A stretch of DNA of 64,000 nt from Takakia lepidozioides (Eukaryota > Plantae > Bryophyta): contig CM060733.1 in NCBI GenBank assembly GCA_030704615.1, positions 69,564,001 to 69,628,000 of the forward strand, written 5' to 3'. The notes beneath the pieces are model-generated. The model was not told the DNA's origin. It saw nothing but the letters and a program-made list of their open reading frames with translations, and searched no databases. Within the stretch, counting starts at the first letter, position 1, and each line of letters opens with the position of its first letter. Shown piece by piece: positions 26,230 through 36,642 of the stretch. The position numbers and the translations under genes were made by a program.

Positions 26230-29200
26230 ATGGAGAAGGGGAACAAAAGGGATGGATCGGCACCATCAGGTCAAGGCGAGCACCCGGCAGAGGTAAATAT
26301 TTGCTCCCTGCTTATGTGTGAGAGCACACTGTCCATGGTTGTGTCAACGAAACCCTGAATAGCCTTTCCATCTGAAACACTTCAAGTTTGCATAGTGTAG
26401 TTCAGTAGAGAAGCATGGTACACGGAACAAGCATCAGCGCAGGCTTGCGTTGACGCAAGCCTGATTTGGTAATGCCGAGATCTTAGAGTTTACATCGATT
26501 TGAGTCTCTCAATGTAAACATTGTTTTAGAGACAACGAGGTAAGCAGCACACAGACCAGGCTTGCGTTGACGCAAGCCTGAAGTTTATTCCATACAAACC
26601 TATGTAGGAGCCAGAATTTGTGTCAGTCTATTTGGGAGCCCTGTTGTGTGACTAAGAAAAGGAAAACATCCTTTGTGAGAGAATCATTCCGATGTCCCGT
26701 CCATGCTTGCGTCAACGAAAGGATGTTGATCTCAGCCTGTTTGGGGTTGTCAAACGGTCATTTGAAGACCTCCATGTCATGCTTGCGTTAACGCAAGGCT
26801 GATCTTATGGATCACAAAATCCCACTTTGATCTGATAATGTATTTCTTGTTTCTTCTGATGAGCAGAAGAAGAGGAAAAAGGGCAAAGGCCCTGTTGCAG
26901 TGACAGCAGTCCAAACAGAAGTGTAAGACACAAATATGGATTACAAAGGCATGGCCATCAAGATAAGGTCAGGCTCAAAAGTGAAATCTGGACAGGTAAT
27001 CCGGTCCATGATGGTTATGGAGGCGAACCTCATGTTACCCCTTTGCAGGATGATATCAATGCCTGCTGTTTGTCATGCCCTGACCGGGGATATCAGGAAG
27101 CTTAAAGGAGATTTTGTGCACGGGTATGTTTTTGGAACCCCTGTCTTTTACATTTATGTTGGAGACTCCAATGGGAACGAGAGACTGGTAGACGAGGGCA
27201 TCAAAGGAAAGTGGGATGAGTGCTGGAGGGAAGTGAATTTGGAATTCGAGTAGTCTCTGTCCAGGAGTCCGGAGTTGCAGGTGTACAGTAACAAGATGTT
27301 CTTTGTTTGGGACGGGAACCACCGCCTGCTTGCTTGGCTGGAGTACATTGAATCTATGCATCGAGAGGAGAAAGATTGGCATTACTCCGTCGCGGCGTGC
27401 GTTTTGGATCCGAAGGGAAACTACACACATCTACTAACAGCCATGCATGATATAAACAAGTTCTCTTCAACCACCAGATTTTGATGCAACCTCAGATGCT
27501 ATTATTTTCCATTAAATCCTTTTCTCATTATCGGCTTGACGGTGCAGGCAGACAGAGTCTTCCCATGTCACCACAAACCTGGTGCATACATTATTCAGGA
27601 TGCAAAAGTTAGGACGGATGCCATTGTCCAACTTCAAGACTATTCTTTCACCCGAGGCCTTCGAGAAGTGCGAGACCTCCAAAAGGGCAGAGACATGGTA
27701 CACACTCACGAGGGATGCGTTCCTGGAGTACATGTACACGGTAAGTCCTGCAAACTGCCATTTTTTATCATTCATATGTACCCATGTTCAGGCTTTCAAC
27801 GCAAGCCTGAATCATTGTGAAGTTTAGATTCAAATACCTATTGCACATTTTGGAGTCTCACCTTTTCAACGTTGCCTTTGGGTTGGATAGCAAGAAATCG
27901 CTGATGCGGGAGAGAGGGGAAAAGCGGAATATTACGGGAAAACTCCAGAAAGTGAACGCACTGCCTACGGTACTGAGGCGGCAATGACCTTCCACATGAA
28001 CGAATTCCGCGGGAAGGTGGTGAATGCGTTCACCAAGCAACTGCGCATAGCTGATCCCGGTCTTGGCCCTCAGTTTTTGGATGAGGTTCGCATTCATTGG
28101 AGCAAGACAATAAAGCCTGAGATGACACAAGAGAAGCTGCACAGGCTTGCCATGGCAATGGTGGAGCCAGCAGTGAAAATACGGTGGCTTCAAATTTGGA
28201 ACTCTGAGCCTGTTCTACGGCAAGCAAATAGTTTTCCCATGGGCGAGAAGAACGACTCCACTAGAGTCGTCACCCCTTTCAGTGACCAAGTATGGGACAT
28301 CTGGCTTCATATAGCCACATTCTGGGCGCAGGTAAGAATTTTATGACACGGGTCTTCAATGTCTGTTTTGAATGTCTTTGAGTGCATTCGCAAAATCTAA
28401 CCAAGTTACTTGCGTGCCAGTTGGAGGAGAGGGCTGAGGAGGTTATGGAGAAATCTCTAACAGACTTCAAGATAGTCGTTGCTACACCCGATGAGTCATT
28501 CGAGACCTGGATAAGGAGGTGGAAAGGGATCGTTTGGGACCATGCGTTCTTCCGCGAATTTGCTGTCGATGGTGGGATTAACCGTTCGAATTTGTTCGAT
28601 GCGCAGTACAATGGGGAGCAGGCGATGAAGCGAGTCATATACAGGTTTCATTTCATGCTTTTTAATGTTGTGAGCTGTTCTTTAAGATAGAAGCTTTCTC
28701 TATTGAGGCTTGCGTTAACAAAAGCCTGCGGACCCTGCTACTCATGGCTTGCATTATCCCGAGTGTTTTTGGGCTAGGGTCAGGCTTGCATTGACGCAAG
28801 CCTATCTAGTGTATGGAATATATATTGGTGGTTTGAACCAAGTGTTAGGAAGGGGTATGTTGTGAGAATTTGAATTACAGGTATGCATTGTTTCCTTCTA
28901 GCAAAAATTGTGCTAGAGGGTCTGCATGAGGCTTGCGTTGACACAAGCCTGTTTGATGGCAGCCCACAACTTCGGTTATAAAAGGATTTCTTAAGTGTCA
29001 AACTCTTGTTTCAGAACCGGAAAGAGGCTTTCGTTGACGCAAGGATGAGTTTACCCTGCACTTGGATTGTTTTTTGTTAAGTGTTACAACACCAGGATGG
29101 AGCCTGCTATAATGTCTTCCTATGAACTCTCCTGATTTTTGTTGCTTTTGTTTTTGCAGATATATCCACGGGGTGCTTTCTCCAGGTGGTTTTGTAAGCT

Positions 29201-30870
29201 TGTACCCATTCTTCATTGACAGCTGGGCAAAGACAAATCCCGACACAACAATGTACACAGCGGGCATTCTGGAGAACTGGAGCAGGTCTCATTTCAAAGA
29301 TTGTGGGTGGTACCTTGATTGCCCGAGACAATCGACACCCTGGGAGGTGAACGTCCTGCGAAATTTGAATGACAATGCAGAGGCTCTTGCGCCTCTGACA
29401 GATAGGCAGCTTCAGTTGAGAGATCTCCGGCTTCTCAAAGCAAAGGAACCAGTTGTAAAACAGAGCCCGAAAAAGAAGGGTGGAAAGAAGAAGGACAAAA
29501 AGAAAGAGGGCAAACAAGGTCAGGCAGCGGCTGCTGTGGCAGGAGGGGCACAGAGGGGTTCACAACTAGATCTGTCGGACAAACCATACGAGGCCCTACC
29601 TATCCCTGGCAGAGGTGTTGCCACGGGCTACCAACACAAGACAGTCAACAAAAGCTTCTTGGACATGATGGAATCAAGGAGGAAAGGCGGCACAGTCAAA
29701 GAGAAGTCCCCAACTTGGGAGACATTGTCTTCATTCCTCACTCTGGTAAATTCCTTATCCACTCCCCTCCTTGTCACTTGGTTCTTGCAGTGTGGTCAAA
29801 TGTCCTTTGAATTGAATTGCTTTGGGGGGTGAAGGCTGAGAAAGGTCCATCGTAACGGAGAGAAAAAACCGTTTGCCTGCGAGCTCGTTGTTGTGGACAT
29901 TCCAGACGGTCTTCCAGTCCCAGATCTTCCACCGAAAGGTGTCACTCCAGCCTAGAATGAATGGGACGAGCGCTACTGGCCCTGGGTCTTCAAGTTCTGT
30001 GGGAACTTCTTGGCTGACAATGGGTGTTTGCTCATCCTACAAGCTGCCAATGCAAAGTGCCGACGACTACTGTCCAGTTTCCTGAAGTCTAGTGGGATGA
30101 AGGTGATTAAAAGCTGGAATGGAGTTAACAGTCTCCCACTTACAAAGGGGGACTTCCCAGGCCAGAAGGTATGTCGTATCCTCCATTTCATTAAATCTTG
30201 TAGAAATGTTCCCCGTGTTTGTATAGCTTTATTTTCCTTCTGCGCTGTCAATCTTCTCTTGCATCCTTGCGTTGACGAAATCGTAGTGCAAGGTTGTCAT
30301 TTGCTACCTACCTTGATGTTGCCTTGGCGCTCACCTGACTGAGTCCGGTGTTTTTATTTCATAGACACGAGCTTTCGATGCACACTGTCTCGTAAGAGAA
30401 CGCCACCCATCCACACCGTCATCCGTTAAGGAGTTCCAGGTCTTGAAAGGGGGAGCGCATGTTGACTCGTCCTGCGATCCCGTGGATGATGATTTTATCT
30501 GCAACTACGTGGACGCCTCACTTACTGTGCTGCGGAATTTCCGGAGAGCCATGGAGAGGTGCACGGGAAAAGAGTCCTGCATTCATGCAAATAGTCATCG
30601 AGTCTTGCAGTGTTGAAGGGTCCCGTGTTGTTGACCTCACTCTCGGAACAGGTTCAGGCCTTCACACTCTAGCAATAATCTGCCTTCATTGTTGTAGTTC
30701 GAAAGTGCAGGTTCGTGCAAATATCTTGGCTCATTTGGTTTATTCGTCTGGCAAGGGCATCGTTCCATGCCTACAAGGCTGCTGGAAGGCATCTGTTCGC
30801 CTTTGAGGGGGATGGAGAGCTGTACAAAGAGGTAATTGCCATTAGAAAAAAAATGAGGCCAAAGAAAGGC
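26230..30870 (+). pseudogene. multi-exon gene: ParB/Srx-like domain fused to a beta-class N4C/N6A DNA methyltransferase-like domain
   Basis: GT-AG exon reconstruction. ParB-like: LKGDFVHG...PVFYIYV and FFVWDGNHRLLAW (27311-27325). MTase-like: ELVVVDIPD (motif IV position, 29896-29907), WDERYWPWVFKFCGNFLADNGCLLI, EKSPAFMQIVIESCSVEGSRVVDLTLGTG/ASFHAYKAAGRHLFAFEGD (motifs X-I-II). At least 4 in-frame stops and 1 frameshift. Confidence 0.75.
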
Positions 30871-31169
30871 TGTCCCATGTTCAACTTGGCCCCTATAGCC
30901 GCAGAGACATTTCAAATATCCGTGGTCGATTTGAACGGCCAGCGTGGCAAAATTGGTTCCACGTATGGCGTTTCCACCGTGACGATGTTTCCACCTTGGC
31001 AAAAAAGATTCCACGTAAGATGTTTTGGCGCGCTTCCGCGCCGGGTTCTGGCGCGTTTTCTCCCGCCGGGTTCGCGGGCTTCTTCCCACGCCCGTTTCTT
31101 CCCCCTAGTTCTCGCAGCGTTTCTTACCATCTTGTATGTGTCGCTTCCAGCAGTGTGCGTCGACACCCT

Positions 31170-31800
31170 AAAGCTCCCCTTTTCCAAGCTTGCACCATGG
31201 ACCATAGGTAATCTGGAGCTTGAAATCCGACCCTCTTGGATGAATCTAGACCCACACTGTATCCTTGCTTCTTCAGCTATCACTGTCTCTGCACAAATCA
31301 TGCATACATCCTTGCCTTGCTGCCAATGCGATCATCGCACTCCACGACACCACATCTCGTTGAGCCACATTGTCGAACACTACCTTTGCATCTTCAATGC
31401 TCCTGCATTTGGTGTACATGTCCCCCAGAGCGGTGTTCAGAATGACATCTGGTACAATTCTAGCGAACACGATGTCACCATAGACCTCTTGGCCGCCAGG
31501 CTTGCACATGCGTTAACGCAAACAAACGTGATGTGGTTGGGCTTTTCACCCCTTCCCGCATCATTTGCTCCTAGGTCTCGAAAGCCTCCATCCCACGCCC
31601 CTGTTGTGCATCTTGTGATCATTGCCTTCCATGACCCCACATCTTGTTCAGCCATATGGTCAAATAATCCCTTTGCATCCTTGATGTTCCCACATTTGAC
31701 ATATATGTTCAACTATACTAGTGCTTAGAGCAACATCTGGTACAATTCCAGCTTTGGTCTTCATCTTTCCCGCATCACTTGCTCACATCTCTCCAAAGCC
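31170..31800 (-). pseudogene. PPR gene fragment
   Basis: NIYVKCGNIKDAKGLFDHMAEQDV and ALGDMYTKCRSIEDAKVVFDNVAQRDVVSWSAMI, frameshifted; ~31200-31420 is near-identical to ~14490-14710. Confidence 0.85.
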
Positions 31801-32944
31801 TTCATCTTGAGTGCTCTCTCTCCCAAGCGCTCCCTCTCCCAACACTTAGACGAATTTTGGCGAATGACATACTTAATCTTCAAACCTTAGATCCTTTTAC
31901 ATCCGACGATTAAAAAACAACTTGCCAACCAACGAGAGACTAAACCCTAATGTCTATGAGCCGCAGAAAGAGCTAAAATATATTAAAATATTCCACGTCA
32001 TGAGCCACGTAGAGCACTTACAGAAACTCCATTTTTTAATAGCTTACAGAAACTCCATTTTTCAATAGGGTGTGCAATGAATGCCTAGTTGTTAAAGGAG
32101 TGGTACAAACGCACATTGAATCATAAAAATGAAGGACGATCATGCTTACAGCCCCCACAATGTGTAATGCACCCGTCCATACTGGCCCTTCATCAACATG
32201 GATGGAGCACAGCCCCCCAAGATTGGATGTTACCCTATCTCTTTGATCTGGTTTACACGTCACATAATCAATTGATGTGGTACCATTTCACGAATTTTTT
32301 GCATCTCACCATCAGCCACCTTAACTTTTCCGGAAAATCCTCCCAACCTTCTTCTGTTAATATATTAGGGTCATCATATACTTCCTAATTCAGGTCTTGC
32401 CTTGACCATTTGATATTCTTAGGGGGCGGTCCACGTTCATCACGGTCATCTCTTCCATGACGCTCATCGTCGTGGCCCTCTGCCATTTTGCAACAATCGG
32501 AGCAACACTCAAAGAGGTTTACTAAGAAGTAACAGACAGTTAAACACTACTCAAGCAAACGTGGAAATGGCTAAGAACTAAACGACAGGTAAGCACATGG
32601 CGATCTGGAAAGAGACAATACTTACCCTAAACCCTTAACCCGAAACGGGTTTGCATAAGTGCCAAAATAGTTCTTAAAAGTTAAGTTAGTATAATGAAAT
32701 GATCTTGGAAGCCAGAGGAGGGCCTATGGGAGCATTCTGCAACGACTTCACAGAAATCGCGGCAAAAAAATACCCCCCACCCAATGGCCTCCTTCTCTAC
32801 GTGACTACGTGTCGTGGAATAATTATATGTCACGCACATAGAAGTTGTGTGGAGAGGAAGTGAGGGGAGAATGAGCCTCCCTTGGCTTAGATGCGCCCCC
32901 CCCGCCTCATTCCTCGGGCCATGCGCAAGGCACACCTTCTAGAA

Positions 32945-33075
32945 GCGACCGCCAAGGTGATGGTCGCTCCATTTAAAAAAAACAAAATTAAAGCGACCGC
33001 CAATAATGGCGGTCACTGCATTTACAAAAAATTAAAAATTAAAGCGACCGCCAGCAATGGCGGTCGCTCCATTAA

Positions 33076-33127
<52 letters not shown>

Positions 33128-33410
33128 GACCGCCGGTCACTGCATTTACAAAAATAAAAATAAAAATAAAAATAAAAAGTGACCGCCAGTAATGGCGGTC
33201 GCTCCATTTTACCAAATAAAATAAAATAAAACTGACCACCAATAATGGCGGTCGCTCCAATTCCAAGGAAAAAAAAAAAAAAAAAAAAAACGACCGCTAG
33301 TAATGGCGGTGGCGGTCGCTGCATTTACCAAAAAAAAAATTAAAGCGACCGCCAGTAATGGCGGTTGCTCCATTTTGGATTTTTAAAAATAAAAATAAAA
33401 ACGACCGCCA
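32945..33410. repeat. array of ~9 GCGACCGCCA-N4-TGGCGGTCGC hairpin repeats with A-rich spacers and a (TA)n tract (33081-33126)
   Basis: Directly visible repeats; they lie 3' of the hAT fragment and are probably its subterminal repeats. Confidence 0.85.
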
Positions 33411-33989
33411 ACATTAAAATAAAAATAATGCAGAGTAGGAAGCATTGCAATTTTGTGTAGAGTTGGAAGCATTGACACAACTGTTTTTCATTACATAAGC
33501 AAATCACCCAACACAAACATGAACAAGTGACGATGCTTTGGCCGATATTTTGGGTGCTATAGACATGGGCAACGTCTTTTATTTCCCAAGATATACACAA
33601 CAGCAATACAAATACTCATAGTAACACGGAACTGACAAGTATTATTGCACTACAGAAATGTAAACATGTCCAGAAAAATGTGTTGTTGCATGCCTAAAGT
33701 TGTTTTGCTTCAGTTCCTTCTGCTGCTTCGACTAAGAGACGAAGAAGATCCTAATCTTGATGCTCCGATGGGCTGAAAATCCGAGTCACCCTCGACTTCA
33801 CCACCATTGCCATGATCAGTATTGGAATCGTCCTCCTTATCCGACCTCCCATGTCCAGGCCTTTGAACCTGCAAGCGACCTTGAACCACATTTAGTTCTC
33901 TCTGAAATCGACTCCCACTCCGGTCTTGAATACCATCCGCGGTAGATCTGGCACCATCTACCATTATCGGAGGCAGATGACTCATTCTG

Positions 33990-34310
33990 AGATGATTCTC
34001 TCTGAGACTCAGTATCGTCAATCATCGAATCTGCCTCGGAAGCAGAGTCTTCGGAATGCAAATTCCTCTCATACCATGCTGCAACATCATCCGCTGCCCT
34101 CTCGCGTAGTAGTCGACAATTGGTATACACAAACACCAATTTGTCAGCCCTCGCGGGATTCAACCTGTTGCGAATCTTGTTGTGAACAAATGAGTAACTG
34201 CTCCAATTGCGTTCGCAAGATGAGGCAGAGCACACTTGGGCAAGAATACGCTTCGCAATGGGAACTAATGTTCTTGCTCCAGCTCCAATCAAATCCCACC
34301 ATTCATGTGG
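33990..34310 (-). mobile_element. hAT transposase C-terminal dimerisation domain fragment
   Basis: WWDLIG...LVPIAKRILAQVCSASSCERNWSSYSFVHNKIRNRLNPARADKLVFVYTN. Confidence 0.9.
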
Positions 34311-34409
34311 CAAGAGAGAAAGAGAAGACTCTGGCCGAGGCCGGCGTAACTAAGAGCCACTTCGTCTTGCGACTACTGCCCCCTTTTGAGGGTGGGCCCT
34401 ATTCCATGT

Positions 34410-34815
34410 GGCAACATGTTGAGCTCTTTCAGATCCGGCATGTCCTCGAAAGCACATTCAAACTCAACAGTTTTCTATTAGATACCCTTGTCAACATGTA
34501 TGCTAAGTGTCGGAGCATGGTGGATGCACGCCGAGCATTTGAGAACATGTCTGAACGAAATTTGTTGACATGGACGATATTGATAACAAGATGTGCCAAG
34601 CATGGTGTGTAGTGGGGTGGCTTTTTAGTTCTATGAGCAAATGCAACTGGAAGGGCCGACGCCCTGAACAAGGGCACATTTGTTTGCACTCTCAATGCAT
34701 GTGCTGGCCTAGGATTCCTGCACAAAGGTAAAGATGTCCATGCTAACATCATCAAAGCTAGCATTGCAGCAGATCTCATCCTGGAAACTGCCCTGTATGC
34801 CAAGTGCAGGAGCAT
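34410..34815 (+). pseudogene. PPR gene fragment
   Basis: FLLDTLVNMYAKCRSMVDARRAFENMSERNLLTWTILI..., TFVCTLNAC...KGKDVH; stops and frameshifts. Confidence 0.85.
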
Positions 34816-34899
34816 AAAGGATTGTATAAGCTGCCGAGTGGGGCGGAATATTGGGTTCAAATCCCACTCATGCAATCACATTAGTAGGTTTAGGTGGGT

Positions 34900-35443
34900 A
34901 TGGATGACAATATCACCATGGGCCTCTTTGCCATTTTCCAGAGTTGCCAGGCTTGCAAACGCACACAAACGTGATGTGGTTGGGCTTCATCCCTTCGCCC
35001 ATCATTTGCTCATATGTCTCCAAAGCCTCTATCCCACTTCCCTGCTGTGCATACCCTGCAAGCATCGCCCTCCACGACACCACATCTCGTTCAGCCATAT
35101 TGTTGAAAACTGCCTTTGCATCCTTTATGCACCCAAATTTGAAATACATGTCCACCAGGGCAGTGTTCAGAATGATATTTGGTACAATTCCAGCTTTGAC
35201 GATGTCACCATGGACCTCTTTCCCCTTTTCCAGGGCTCCCAGGCTTGCACACGCATTGCAAACACAAACGAACGTGCTGTGGTTGGGCTTCACCCCTTCG
35301 CGCATCATTTGCTCATAGGTCTCCAAAGCATTCGTACGACACCCATGCTTGGTGAATCTTGCTAACATTATATTCCACGTGATCAAAGATCGTTGAGGCA
35401 TTTTGTTGAACACTTGGTGAGCATCCATGATGCTCCCGCACTT
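34900..35443 (-). pseudogene. PPR gene fragment interrupted by LTR insertion
   Basis: KCGSIMDAHQVFNKMPQRSLITWNIML...ALVDMYFKFGCIKDAKAVFNNMAERDVVSW; the coding sequence abuts the LTR at 35444. Confidence 0.88.
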
Positions 35444-36341
35444 TGTTAACCGCTGGTTTATGACTTAGACAAAACAGGCTATCAGCACTACTGCCCATTT
35501 CCTAAGACATGCAACAGAGGTTGTCCGATGGTATGCTTTCAGAAACGATTACGAAGTAATCGTTTTAAGGATAGCTAAACCATGCACATCGTATGAATTC
35601 ATCTCCCTAGAGGCTGCTTAATCCTATTGATTCCTATTGATTAAGCTCAACTTACAGTCTCTTTGGCATGGAAGATCTTAGTCAAAAAGACTGAAATCGT
35701 TTCGTTCATACAAACAATTGATAGTCAAGGCAAAACAAGAATTATACTGAGAGGATACACATTCTCACCATCTCACGTTCTCTCATGATGCACATTCTCT
35801 CCATCTCATGTTCACTCTACACAGAGATACCTCGAGTAGCATGGCTTTACTTCAGAGTTCCTCATATCATCACAGAAGTACACATTGAATCACTCTGAGT
35901 CCCTGAATACACACTGATAACTGATACTCATATTGCTCCCCCTTCTAAGTTGCGTGCAGCTTTTTTATACTATGCTCGAAAGAGCCGTTACAGTCTGTGG
36001 TCGTTAATGACCATTTGTCTAACTGCCTACACAACCTAAAAGGTTTGCTATTAAAAAGTGGCTCGTTGCAGTGGTCGTGAGCCATAGTGGTAAACGGTCC
36101 ACTACTCCCTCTATTGGTTGAAGCCGATGCTAACGTGGCCGTGTGATATCGTGTGGTTCACGGCCCACGGTTACTACACTACCCACTACTGCTCCCGTGG
36201 TAATGTACCCTTGTTCCGTCATTTGCTAAGTACCGCGTACTTAGTTGTTTCTGTCTGTGGCCAGGTAGTGTACGTTCATCACTACCCGGTATGTCCCGTT
36301 GTGACCCTCGTTGTCTGGCCCTCGTAGCATAGCCGTTATCA
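35444..36341 (-). repeat. 3' LTR (898 bp)
   Basis: TGTTAAC...GTTATCA termini, adjacent to the polypurine tract; its first ~490 bp recur at 52263-52734. Confidence 0.9.
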
Positions 36342-36642
36342 TTTATCCCCCCCCCCCCCCCCCCTCTTTTGAAATTGTGTTTGCACAATTTCGTCAGTTC
36401 CTGTGCTTGCTGTATTTCTTGGGGATGTAGGGTGGTGGCATGCCCGTCTGCGGGGTAGGAAGTGCGTCCCAGGATTGTTGTGGTGGCAGCTTCTTGTTGT
36501 TGTTGTCGTCACTATCTGGTTGCTCCTCTGGTTCATGAGTAGGCCAACTTTCGTCATCAGGGTGTTTTGCTATTCCGTCCCTTCGTATCATGTCGATTTT
36601 GGTGGTCAAGGTTTCTCGGTAAGTTTGCAGCTCCTCCTTGGT

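Larger units (their letters stand above)
20940..30870. mobile_element. Mutator-like element (MULE-1) with transposase and divergent ParB/methyltransferase cargo gene; right end not identified
   Basis: Abrupt junction with Gypsy RNase H coding sequence at ~20940, followed by (C/T)GTGAGC subterminal repeats. Transposase (minus) and multi-exon cargo gene (plus) are head-to-head; the same architecture recurs in the TIR/TSD-bounded element at 45104-52001. Confidence 0.75.

Noticed and set aside
26230-30870. Bacterial contamination or prophage as the source of the ParB-MTase
   Set aside because: The gene has GT-AG introns with positions shared by a second copy, and it is embedded among plant TEs and PPR genes.
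30870-31170. Right TIR/TSD of MULE-1
   Set aside because: No reverse complement of the 20940 terminus and no continuation of the interrupted Gypsy RNase H was found.
30715-31728. 337-aa plus-strand ORF
   Set aside because: Chimeric read-through of the last MTase exon, non-coding DNA and antisense PPR sequence.
33022-33324. ORFs with YIYIYI/FFFF runs, and similar ORFs over the 48.7-49.6 kb array
   Set aside because: Translation artefacts of simple and tandem repeats.
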